A stretch of DNA of 64,000 nt, from the sequence record MH816966; one strand, written 5' to 3'. Each line of letters begins with the position of its first letter. Position 1 is the stretch's first letter. The notes below the pieces were generated by a model. The model did not search any database. It worked only from the letters and a program-made list of their open reading frames with translations, and was not told the origin of the DNA. The position numbers and the translations under genes were made by a program. This DNA is from Escherichia phage FEC19. Below, piece by piece: positions 46,464-55,196 of this stretch.

Positions 46464-47603
46464 TTAGATACCAGTCATACGGACGACTGCGAAAGGACGC
46501 TTGAGCAGAACGCCTGCTGTTGCGTTTGCGTAGTCTTCAACGTAGCTCTTAGCACGTTTCTCAACGCCCAGAGTCATGAACTTAGTCTGAACCAGCTGGC
46601 TGAATACGGAACCATCGTCGCTTGAACCATCAATTGAGGAATCGATGTGATCAGCGTACAGATATGCCACGTTCAGGAAAGTCGGGTCACTGCCAAGTGC
46701 GCCGTTGAGTTCCGGTGCAGATTTGATCTTCATCTTCGGATAAGTCTGGGTGATCCAGTCACGTACAGAAATACCGAAGTCGGTGGTGTTTGACAGCCAA
46801 TCAATAGAGTTGGTCGGCAGCGCCAGAGTCATATCAACCTTCTCTGGATCAATCTGGTCCTGAGAGTTGACACGGATTTGACGAACCATCAAACGGATGT
46901 CTGCAGTCACCTGTTGGAAGGTCGCAGTAGCCCAGCCGGAAGTGGTGTTTGAAGTCATCGCCGCTGGCAGGTTTGGATCATTCAGGAAGCCGAACGTGCG
47001 GTTGTTCCCGTTGTACCAGCCATAGAAGCCGATTGCGTTACGCATGATTTCCAGAGATACAGCAGCCTGCTGGCGCTTGGTCTCTGCGGAGTTCAGACGC
47101 ATCGCAGACGCGCGACCTTCTTCCAGCATGCCGACTGCCATGCCCATTTCACCACGAACGATGGAGCGGCGTTCAAAGTTTACGTTCCAGCTTGCCAGAG
47201 GAATAGAGGTGAAATCACCATATTCAACTGCGGTGCCAGCTGGTTCAACGATACCCTGAACGATTTCCGCATCTTCCCACTGACCAACGGTGTCAATACC
47301 AACCAGCTCATCGATTTTACGAGCGGCGGTCATGATTTTGACGAAGCCAGGCAGCCACTGTTGCAGGAATTGCAGCGGGGTCGGGATTGATGGCGTGGTC
47401 TGCGGCGCAGTAAACGCGGCGTCACCTACGCGGAAAGCGCCTGCACGGTTTAAGTGCTCAATCTGATCACGCACAATCGCGGAATCAAACACAATACCGA
47501 TACGAGCAAGCTGGGAAACAGCCGCGTCGGTTACGGATTGCATATCAAAAGGACGCACCTTGCTCGCTGGGAGGCGAGAGTGTGTTTGGCTAATGCGAGT
47601 CAT
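46464..47603 (-). CDS. major capsid protein
   Basis: 379 aa; downstream of scaffold-like and accessory genes and followed by a 115-bp spacer with a strong hairpin. Confidence 0.65.
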   Translation of the reverse strand: MTRISQTHSRLPASKVRPFDMQSVTDAAVSQLARIGIVFDSAIVRDQIEHLNRAGAFRVGDAAFTAPQTTPSIPTPLQFLQQWLPGFVKIMTAARKIDELVGIDTVGQWEDAEIVQGIVEPAGTAVEYGDFTSIPLASWNVNFERRSIVRGEMGMAVGMLEEGRASAMRLNSAETKRQQAAVSLEIMRNAIGFYGWYNGNNRTFGFLNDPNLPAAMTSNTTSGWATATFQQVTADIRLMVRQIRVNSQDQIDPEKVDMTLALPTNSIDWLSNTTDFGISVRDWITQTYPKMKIKSAPELNGALGSDPTFLNVAYLYADHIDSSIDGSSDDGSVFSQLVQTKFMTLGVEKRAKSYVEDYANATAGVLLKRPFAVVRMTGI

Positions 47604-47617
47604 TATTCACCTGCCTA

Positions 47618-48235
47618 TTAACGAGTCAATTGTACAATGGTATAAGTGGAAGACTGGACGCTTGGGCCGGAAAGGGCAATAGTCGTCGGGTCAATCACAA
47701 TACCGCCTGGGATGGCAACCATGCCAGTTGGCAATGAGCCAGTATAGGCGATAATTGCACCAATAGGCAAGTTGTTCGGGTTGTTACCGCTGGAAATGCC
47801 TTTAGGTACATAAGCAAGCAGGTCGCCATAGTTAAGCGTCTGCGGACTGGTGCTTGGGTTGAATACTTCAACTACGAGGCCCGTGCACATATCATAGAAC
47901 TCGCCTTCGCTATATTGAGGCAGAACCATGCTGGCACCCAAAGGGCCAGTAGAGTTGCCATACAGCGCGTAACGCTTGCTATTGCCGAGGATGCCGTAGT
48001 AGTTAGTGCCGCCCAGCTCAACTTCAAAGTCCTGCGCGCCCAAAGTTTTGGTTTGACCAGTACCCATTAAGGATACGTCAGTCTTAAAACCGAACACACG
48101 GCTGATGGCGTTTACGTTTGCGCCTTCGTTAGCGTTGGCAATTCGGCCTGGCTTCCCACGCTGTGGGCCGTCGCGAACGATGTCGCCAGGAAAGCCAGTT
48201 GTATATTGACGGCCTACACTAGTTTGGAAAGTCAT
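47618..48235 (-). CDS. capsid-associated structural protein (possible decoration protein)
   Basis: Gly/Thr/Ser-rich protein between scaffold and capsid genes; start refined to ATG at 48235 (MTFQTSVGRQY). Confidence 0.5.
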   Translation of the reverse strand: MTFQTSVGRQYTTGFPGDIVRDGPQRGKPGRIANANEGANVNAISRVFGFKTDVSLMGTGQTKTLGAQDFEVELGGTNYYGILGNSKRYALYGNSTGPLGASMVLPQYSEGEFYDMCTGLVVEVFNPSTSPQTLNYGDLLAYVPKGISSGNNPNNLPIGAIIAYTGSLPTGMVAIPGGIVIDPTTIALSGPSVQSSTYTIVQLTR

Positions 48236-48237
48236 GT

Positions 48238-49656
48238 TTATTCCCCTTTCAACCAAGCTTCAAACGCTTCGTCAGTTGCTGCAGAATCCGCAGCGGCCTT
48301 TTGTTTTGCGACTACACGCTGTTTTTGACCGTGTTCAACGCCGCGCAGATAATTATCCACCACGTCAAACTCAGCACCATCAACGCACTTCAAGCCTAAC
48401 TTTTTAGCGCCATATTTCGCTACGGACTTGGAGTCCATAGTTGCATGATCAAAGGCACCAACAACTTTAGACAGGCGCTGGTAGAGGCTATTCTTACGAG
48501 CAGAATCAGCGTAGAAAGCAGCAACTGCTGAATCAGATGCCATTGAGTGTTCCCCTTTTGCTGGACCTGGCGACGCTTTCGCCGCTTTTGTCGGTTTGTC
48601 ATCTTTTTCGACCGAAGCCCCCTTTACGTTGCTGTTTTGCAGGCCGCTAACCACATCTTCAGCTTTGTCGCAAGGTGATACATCTTCAGCCTTGACTTCA
48701 ACTTCTTCGTCTTTGACTTCGGCTTCAACTTCTTCTTCATCACCTACCGCGCCACCTTTCAGTTTTGCAATAAGTGCTTCGATTTGGCTGATCAGTTGCG
48801 GAAGCTCGCCGCCAGCGTGAGATTCAGTTTCAACTTCAAACTTCTCTTCACCTTCTGGAGTCTCTTCAGCTTCTGCTTTGACTTCTGGATCAACCATCAC
48901 TTCTTCACGTTCTTCGGTTGAATCCTTCTCTTCTGCTTTCACTTCAACTTCGTCCTGATGAGCAGCTTCGGTGCTCTCTTCATTCAGAAATTGTTCGAGC
49001 GCAGGGATCAGTGACTTCAGCTGTTCAACAGCATTATCACGCGCTTTACCTTTTAACGGTTTTGGCATGTCTAAATCCTCGTTGGATGGTGTTACAGTCG
49101 TCAAACAAAGATGGTCAAAGCAACGACCATCCAGCACCCGTGCACCTGGTACTCGACCAACGTCCACGAGAGCAATGTGGTTGCCGCGAAGAGTTGTCTG
49201 TACCACTTCATACGGCTGCCCGTCAAACTCTCCAGACTGTATGATGAATTCACAGTCATAGCCCAAAGACAAGTCAACCTTTCCAGAATCGATGGCTTTC
49301 TTCAGACGACGGCTAAAAACTTTAAGGTCGCCGCGCATCCATGGCTTGTCATAATAAACATTGCCAGTTAGAACGCCATCAACGCCATACTCTTCGGGTG
49401 CTGTGTTATCCTCATCACCTTCGAATCCAGAAAGCATTTCGTGATTGTCGATGAAAGGGATATTTTTGAATGAATCTATCGCTTCGGGGTCTTTCACCGC
49501 TGACTCTGGGCGATAAACTTTTACGATGCGATTCGGATCACCATCAAGTCCAACCTGACCTGCAGAATAATCAAAAATGCCAAATGACGAAATGGGACAA
49601 CCCACAATCGTCAAGAATCCATTTTTGTCAATTTCGCGTGCCGTTTGCATTCGCAT
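48238..49656 (-). CDS. prohead protease/scaffolding-like protein
   Basis: Globular N-terminal about 180 aa followed by a long acidic Glu/Val/Lys-rich helical region (EEVEAEVKDEEVEVKAED). Confidence 0.55.
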   Translation of the reverse strand: MRMQTAREIDKNGFLTIVGCPISSFGIFDYSAGQVGLDGDPNRIVKVYRPESAVKDPEAIDSFKNIPFIDNHEMLSGFEGDEDNTAPEEYGVDGVLTGNVYYDKPWMRGDLKVFSRRLKKAIDSGKVDLSLGYDCEFIIQSGEFDGQPYEVVQTTLRGNHIALVDVGRVPGARVLDGRCFDHLCLTTVTPSNEDLDMPKPLKGKARDNAVEQLKSLIPALEQFLNEESTEAAHQDEVEVKAEEKDSTEEREEVMVDPEVKAEAEETPEGEEKFEVETESHAGGELPQLISQIEALIAKLKGGAVGDEEEVEAEVKDEEVEVKAEDVSPCDKAEDVVSGLQNSNVKGASVEKDDKPTKAAKASPGPAKGEHSMASDSAVAAFYADSARKNSLYQRLSKVVGAFDHATMDSKSVAKYGAKKLGLKCVDGAEFDVVDNYLRGVEHGQKQRVVAKQKAAADSAATDEAFEAWLKGE

Positions 49657-49744
49657 CCACCCTCAAATAAGTATTGTGTATTATATCTAATGAAAAAAAC
49701 TTAGGCAAACAATAATTATGGTTTGAATATGTATAACAACCGAT

Positions 49745-50030
49745 ATAGCCGCGCCTTAATTAGTGTGATACGGATGATACGGATAAAATGAGGCGTATTT
49801 TTATCCGTATCGGTGTATAAGCCGCGCTATCACTGGTGTGCTACGGATGATACGGATGATACGGATACTTTTCATATATAAGAGTTTATAAAAAAAATAA
49901 AATTAAATTAGATATATAATTTTAAATTAATTTATTTGAATTCCTATAAAGTATCGCGGCAACGCGTATCATCCGTATCATCCGTAAGATTCTTTTGAAA
50001 ACAACTACTTACTTGATACGGATGATACGT
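49745..50030. repeat. iteron-like 9-bp repeat array flanking an AT-rich core
   Basis: GATACGGAT units, direct at 49767-49784, 49843-49868 and 50015-50029 and inverted at 49803-49811 and 49967-49987, around an 80-bp core of over 80% A+T (49869-49950). Confidence 0.7.
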
Positions 50031-50073
50031 CATTATACGCGTAAAATCCTGCGGCAATCCATTGCCAGGCGAT

Positions 50074-50211
50074 TCAGTGAATATTAAAAAGCACTCCAGC
50101 AACTAAAACGCCAATCAGCATCGAGTCGTAAACAGCCCATTTCCAAGAAAGCAAAGAGTTGCAATTAATATTTCGCACTTTAACGTAACGTGACTGAATA
50201 ATCTTTTGCAT
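50074..50211 (-). CDS. small membrane protein (45 aa)
   Basis: Not in the ORF track; GAGGAAG RBS; C-terminal hydrophobic helix MLIGVLVAGVLFNI. Confidence 0.3.
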   Translation of the reverse strand: MQKIIQSRYVKVRNINCNSLLSWKWAVYDSMLIGVLVAGVLFNIH

Positions 50212-50221
50212 AACTTCCTCT

Positions 50222-51142
50222 TTAGTTCAACTTAATTGCGGTGATCTGTCCGTAAACGGTAGATGTCAATGCGTCTGTGCATTGATAGTTTAGATACACA
50301 TTGCCAGGCGCGGCAAGAGTAATTATCTTTGTTGGAATATTGCCGCCGAAACGACCTGCAGCCCGAATGCCAGCAGACATCGTGAATGCATCATCCGTAA
50401 TATCTGAATTACTTGTTGACAATTTTACTGTAATTCCGGTATTCGCTTGAACTCCTTCTGTTGCGACAGTCAACTGACTTGCTGTCACAAGCCATTTCCC
50501 TGCAGGCAGGTTTAATGTTGCCAGATTCACCAGAGTTGTCGGAGGATTGCTTACACTATTGCTTGTGTTTTGCACATTGCTTGCAGCAGCATTAAGAACT
50601 CCAGAACCATCAATTGATAGTGTCGTTCCTACTTTTACGCCACCCAAGGTTGATGCTGATGCAATCGGTAACGAGTATTGAGTAACACTAATTGTACCGT
50701 CACCTGCAACACTTATGCCACTTCCTATCTTGACACCGCCGAGAACAGAAGCCGTTGCCGCTGGTAACGTGTATTGGTTGCCGCTGGATTTGACTACCTT
50801 AACGGCGACAGCATTCTTGGACCCTCCAGACTCCATGCCTATAATCACCGCTTCTCCAAAAGCGATGGTGATTGTAGATGCAGTTAAACCAGTCTGCACG
50901 TCTGTTATGTTCATTTTGGGAACTGAAAGTGTCAGATTCGGCTTGCTGGTAGAATCGCCATCATTACCGATCATAAAGAATTGACCAACTGAATTGTATC
51001 CAGACGCCAATGGCGGACTCAATGGAACAATCAGGTTTTTATCGGATGTAAATTCTGAAACAATCGCCAAACCGTTAGCATATACAGCAGGCAATACTGG
51101 CGTTTGTCCAGATAGAGGAAACGTGCTGATTGGTATCGTCAT
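50222..51142 (-). CDS. fibre-repeat structural protein in the head module
   Basis: Internal repeats LPAATASVLGGVKIGSGISVAGDGTISV and LPIASASTLGGVKVGTTLSIDGSGVLN of the phage fibre-repeat type; start refined to MTIPISTFPL. Confidence 0.55.
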   Translation of the reverse strand: MTIPISTFPLSGQTPVLPAVYANGLAIVSEFTSDKNLIVPLSPPLASGYNSVGQFFMIGNDGDSTSKPNLTLSVPKMNITDVQTGLTASTITIAFGEAVIIGMESGGSKNAVAVKVVKSSGNQYTLPAATASVLGGVKIGSGISVAGDGTISVTQYSLPIASASTLGGVKVGTTLSIDGSGVLNAAASNVQNTSNSVSNPPTTLVNLATLNLPAGKWLVTASQLTVATEGVQANTGITVKLSTSNSDITDDAFTMSAGIRAAGRFGGNIPTKIITLAAPGNVYLNYQCTDALTSTVYGQITAIKLN

Positions 51143-51149
51143 AATGACC

Positions 51150-52001
51150 TCAAATGATTGGTATTTTTCTGCACTTGCAGTGTATTGCCCATCCAGGAGG
51201 ACCGATGTCACCCTTTTTGAACTTCAATTCGCCGCCAACTTCCCATAGGCGCTTGTCATCAAGTTTAAATCTCATTCCGTCGACGTGTTCATGAGAGATT
51301 CGCGGCTCCTTTCCTGCTCCTGAGTGCGCCCATTCAAATTCTTCAACTCCATTCTGGCGCATTCTTTCATCGCTCAGAACGCAATACAATTTGCTTGTCT
51401 GGTCTTTGGCGATTAAGTCGACTCTCTTTGCAGAGAAGTGTTTTACGTTTCGCAGCGCCGCCTGAATGCCTGACGTGCCTTGCTGGGCTGGGTCGGGCGA
51501 AGTCAGTGAAAGCATAACTGCTTCGTACACTCTGTTGTGAATATCCTCGCCAACCTTGGTCACTAGAGTCGTGTTGAACGTCTCGCTTGTTCTAAGAGTG
51601 TTCTCAACGAATTTGTTATATGTGGCCTTTGGCGCTTCTATGCCTGCGGACTTAAGGCTGGCGAATGTAGCAGAAGTGGCACCCTTTTCGACCGACTTGA
51701 TAAAATCAGCGGCAATCTTCGACCCAACACGCGCAAACGCCTTTGCCCATTTCAGCTGCAGACGTTTCATAAGAGTTTGGAATGTTGAATCAGCAGAGTC
51801 TTGCGCAAAGAACTTCTGCACCTGCTTCTTTTCAAGCCATTCTGAAATGCCTGCCTGATAGTCATCAATCATCGCATAGCAAAGACCTTTCATCTCACGA
51901 CGGTAGGCCATCGCAATAGCGTTTGATGGGATTATCGGACTGCCGCGCCCGATTCTATCGGGTGAGCGGCGTTCACGTTTTTTCGAAGCTTTAAAAGCCA
52001 T
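51150..52001 (-). CDS. minor head/head morphogenesis protein (Mu F-like)
   Basis: Position directly after the portal; start refined to MAFKASKKRERR, 1 nt after the portal stop. Confidence 0.6.
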   Translation of the reverse strand: MAFKASKKRERRSPDRIGRGSPIIPSNAIAMAYRREMKGLCYAMIDDYQAGISEWLEKKQVQKFFAQDSADSTFQTLMKRLQLKWAKAFARVGSKIAADFIKSVEKGATSATFASLKSAGIEAPKATYNKFVENTLRTSETFNTTLVTKVGEDIHNRVYEAVMLSLTSPDPAQQGTSGIQAALRNVKHFSAKRVDLIAKDQTSKLYCVLSDERMRQNGVEEFEWAHSGAGKEPRISHEHVDGMRFKLDDKRLWEVGGELKFKKGDIGPPGWAIHCKCRKIPII

Positions 52002-52002
52002 A

Positions 52003-54378
52003 TCAACCTTGCTTCGGTGAATTAGTAGGATTATTGAGTGCTCCGTATGCTTGAGAGCAATCACCCTTCAACCACTCTTTGAATGAGTTCACATCTAATT
52101 CGTGGATTGAGTCGAATCCGTTCCAACCGTTACCAAATGATGCCTGATAAGCTTCTTTTGCTTCTTCTGCTGAATCGAATCCAAGCATGCACTTGTGTTC
52201 ATCGAACTCGCCAGAGTAGTTATCGTTTTGGTTCACGATAAAGACCTTCGGCGACTTCAGATTTGTGCCAACAAAGCAGTCGACTTCATCGCCGTCCGCG
52301 CCCTTGGTGCCTTTGATGAATCCGTAGTGGTGCGGCATCTTGACTGCCCATTCACCGTCAAGGCTGTTTCCTCTACGGATGCTGTTGCGAGGATTCTCAA
52401 TCCCAAGAATCAGCCCATGCAACTTCATCTTAGGTAATGATGCTGCGTCCATCTTTCCAACGTTGTGTCGTAAGTTGACGACATTACCTTTGACGCTTGG
52501 AAGGGTAGACGGTTGCACCGACCGTGAATCTTTTTGAGGGTCAAAATCCACATCCTGACCTTCTTTCAGGTAGTAATCCGCAATACCCTCCAGACCTTCT
52601 TTCAACTGCGTTAGGACATCAACCTGATGGCTTGATTCATCGTCGGTATCGTCCATGTTGATTTCGACAGGCGCTCTGTCAGGGTTTTCCGCCAACTCAC
52701 CGCGCGCGGCACCTTCTGGCATAATGCCTGTTTCACTGTAGAACTGGCCGCCCATCTTAACGACATCAGCTTTCGCCTGTTCAATATCGGCCTTACCTTG
52801 TAGGACTTCACCAGCAGACTTGCCAAGCAATGCCATATTCTCTGGAGACATCCCTGGTGTTTCTTCTGCCGCATCTTCCGGCAGACGGTTGTAGCCGCTG
52901 TTTTTGTCGTCTTTGATGCGGTCGCGCTCTTCATCAGGAGAAATGACGCCAGCATCAATAAGAGTTTTGCCAGTGTTGGCTCGCTTATCATTGATTTCTG
53001 CAAGTTGAGTAGCAGTAAGTGAGCCAACTGGTTCCCATGCAACCTTAACATCGACATCCACCCCTTCTGATTTGAGAAGGATTTTGTAATGGCGGTCGAG
53101 AATTTTTGTCAGGTCATGCTGCTGGCACGTTTCCAACTCTTCGTGATAGCTGACCATCTCGAATTCACCAGTGGCGTTAAAGCCTTTTGGCGAAGTCCCA
53201 AGCAGTTTGGTCGACGGAACTTTTGCGATTGCGGCCACCAGCTGGTACTGGTTCATGATGATGCTGTCGAAGTCTGACAAGTTGATATCAAACTGGTCCA
53301 TCTCTTCTTTTTGGCCAAGCACTTTGACTGCATAGTTGTCGCGGTACTTGATCCACATCATCAGACGTTCTGCAAAAGACCGCTCATTGGCAATCGCCTT
53401 GTCAACGTCGGTCCGCAGCGTGGTTGTACGCTTGGACATCGCCAGCAATGGCGCTTCGTTAGCGGTACGTTCAGCGGCATAGATGCGTTCATAAATCTGC
53501 TGAGTCAGAGGAATGCCGCCGTAAATATAAGTTGGCTTGAGAATATCAGCTGGCTCATCATTGCGCAAGATGATGAGGTGACTTCGATGATAACGTTGTC
53601 CACTGATCACCCAGTATTCTGGATCATAGAAGTGCTGTGATGCAGGGTCGGCGGTGTTTTCAGACGTCAAAAATGGCATCATCCAATAAGGGTCGACCTG
53701 AATGATTCCCTTATAAGACCCCTTTGTCACACCATCAATGTTAAAAGGCTTGCTGTAATATTCTGGGTCATCGCTACGCACATCAAATATGATGACGCGG
53801 ATACCAAAAATATTTTTGAATCGTTCGGCTTCAACTAAGTGCTCTTTGATATTAAATTCTTTATCAATTTGCTTTAGGCGTTCGCTTGCCTGTACTGACA
53901 ATTCTGACTCAGAACTGGATTTGACTTCCCATCCTTTACGGACCGCATCGCGGCCTACCATGGAACAAGCCTTGTTCACCAGCCAGTGCTGCGCGATGAT
54001 GGCGCAAGCTTGATATCCGATAAATGATTGCGATAAGTACCAGTTTTGCAACTGAATAGGTACTGTGTATGGGTTGACTTGCCCTTCTGAACTGATGTTC
54101 TTTAAGGCATTATCCATAACTTTTTTGGATACTGTTGCGGAATCGACTGAGCGACCTTTTATGATTGCAACACCATCGCCATTAATATCAGGCTCATATA
54201 AAGGGAAGTCATCAACCGTTTTAAAGGTCGGTCGATTGCTTTCAGTCTTTTCCCAGCGTTGACCGCTGCCGCGCCTTTCAAGGCGTTCAAACGGTGCCAA
54301 TGGGTCGCCTGGCGGCATCTCCGCTGGTTCGGCTTCTGGTTGCGTCTTCTCCCAGAGTTTTATGCCAAGAATTTTCAT
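52003..54378 (-). CDS. portal protein with C-terminal inorganic pyrophosphatase-like domain
   Basis: Portal-like central region; last about 160 aa carry HHYGFIKGTKGADGDEVDCFVG and GFDSAEEAKEAYQASF, resembling family I pyrophosphatase; start at ATG 54378 (MKILGIK) with GGTGG RBS. Confidence 0.65.
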   Translation of the reverse strand: MKILGIKLWEKTQPEAEPAEMPPGDPLAPFERLERRGSGQRWEKTESNRPTFKTVDDFPLYEPDINGDGVAIIKGRSVDSATVSKKVMDNALKNISSEGQVNPYTVPIQLQNWYLSQSFIGYQACAIIAQHWLVNKACSMVGRDAVRKGWEVKSSSESELSVQASERLKQIDKEFNIKEHLVEAERFKNIFGIRVIIFDVRSDDPEYYSKPFNIDGVTKGSYKGIIQVDPYWMMPFLTSENTADPASQHFYDPEYWVISGQRYHRSHLIILRNDEPADILKPTYIYGGIPLTQQIYERIYAAERTANEAPLLAMSKRTTTLRTDVDKAIANERSFAERLMMWIKYRDNYAVKVLGQKEEMDQFDINLSDFDSIIMNQYQLVAAIAKVPSTKLLGTSPKGFNATGEFEMVSYHEELETCQQHDLTKILDRHYKILLKSEGVDVDVKVAWEPVGSLTATQLAEINDKRANTGKTLIDAGVISPDEERDRIKDDKNSGYNRLPEDAAEETPGMSPENMALLGKSAGEVLQGKADIEQAKADVVKMGGQFYSETGIMPEGAARGELAENPDRAPVEINMDDTDDESSHQVDVLTQLKEGLEGIADYYLKEGQDVDFDPQKDSRSVQPSTLPSVKGNVVNLRHNVGKMDAASLPKMKLHGLILGIENPRNSIRRGNSLDGEWAVKMPHHYGFIKGTKGADGDEVDCFVGTNLKSPKVFIVNQNDNYSGEFDEHKCMLGFDSAEEAKEAYQASFGNGWNGFDSIHELDVNSFKEWLKGDCSQAYGALNNPTNSPKQG

Positions 54379-54540
54379 TGTTAACGCCACCTGACAGTGA
54401 AAGGGAATCAATCTATATTATAAATATTCATGTGTTTGTAAGCAAATGATATGTATGGTGATCATAAATAGTTCATAAAATATTTTGCTTTTGTATCATT
54501 TTGAGTTATATTTTAGTTAACCAAACGAAAGGAGATTGAA

Positions 54541-54957
54541 ATGAGCACAACAATTGTATTTGTCGTCCTACACAACGGCGAAGTCGTTAACGTATGCGAA
54601 TATGAAGAACTGGCAAAGGCCACTGCTGCGCGATACGAAGGTGCTACTATTGACCCGTGGATTTTAGATGCGCGCAACGTCTTGCAGGCGACTTTGGATG
54701 AGTGGCTGTTGGGTCGCAAAGTCTATCCAGTAGACGACATCGACTCAATTCAAGGTGAAACAGTATATTTTGAAGATGAATGCGTTCGCGGCATCGGCAA
54801 ATTTATGGGATTGTGCCCATCTTCATCCAAAAATAAATTTTATCGTATTCAAGTTGAAGAAAACGATATGTTTGACAAAGTTACGCGCTCGATTGTTCCT
54901 GACGGCGGCACTCCAATCTTTATGGCAGAATCAGACATCAAGGGGATCATCAAATGA
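54541..54957 (+). CDS. hypothetical protein (138 aa)
   Basis: Strong AAGGAG RBS; opposite strand to the flanking portal and terminase genes. Confidence 0.5.
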   Translation: MSTTIVFVVLHNGEVVNVCEYEELAKATAARYEGATIDPWILDARNVLQATLDEWLLGRKVYPVDDIDSIQGETVYFEDECVRGIGKFMGLCPSSSKNKFYRIQVEENDMFDKVTRSIVPDGGTPIFMAESDIKGIIK

Positions 54958-55193
54958 GAACGTTAACCGAACTCGATGTTTTGAAAGACGTTGCAGCCGC
55001 GCTGGGCGTAGAATTATCCGAAAAGGCGACACTAGGTGCTTTGCGTCGGGATTTACTCGAAGCTGTTGACCGCAACGATTTTGACCGTAAGTGTATGCAA
55101 AAGAAGATTCGGCAGGCGGTGAGAGCGGGTAAGCGATTCCGTGCCAGGTCGTTTGCCGCAAGAAAGCTTGACCTTCAGCACGGAATGCTTTGA
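54954..55193 (+). CDS. hypothetical basic protein (79 aa)
   Basis: ATGA-coupled to the upstream gene; Arg/Lys-rich C-terminus. Confidence 0.45.
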   Translation: MRTLTELDVLKDVAAALGVELSEKATLGALRRDLLEAVDRNDFDRKCMQKKIRQAVRAGKRFRARSFAARKLDLQHGML

Positions 55194-55196
55194 TTG

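Noticed and set aside
49745-50030. Possible CRISPR array
   Set aside because: Repeat units are only 9 bp, occur in both orientations and are contiguous with no unique spacers; no cas genes in the window.
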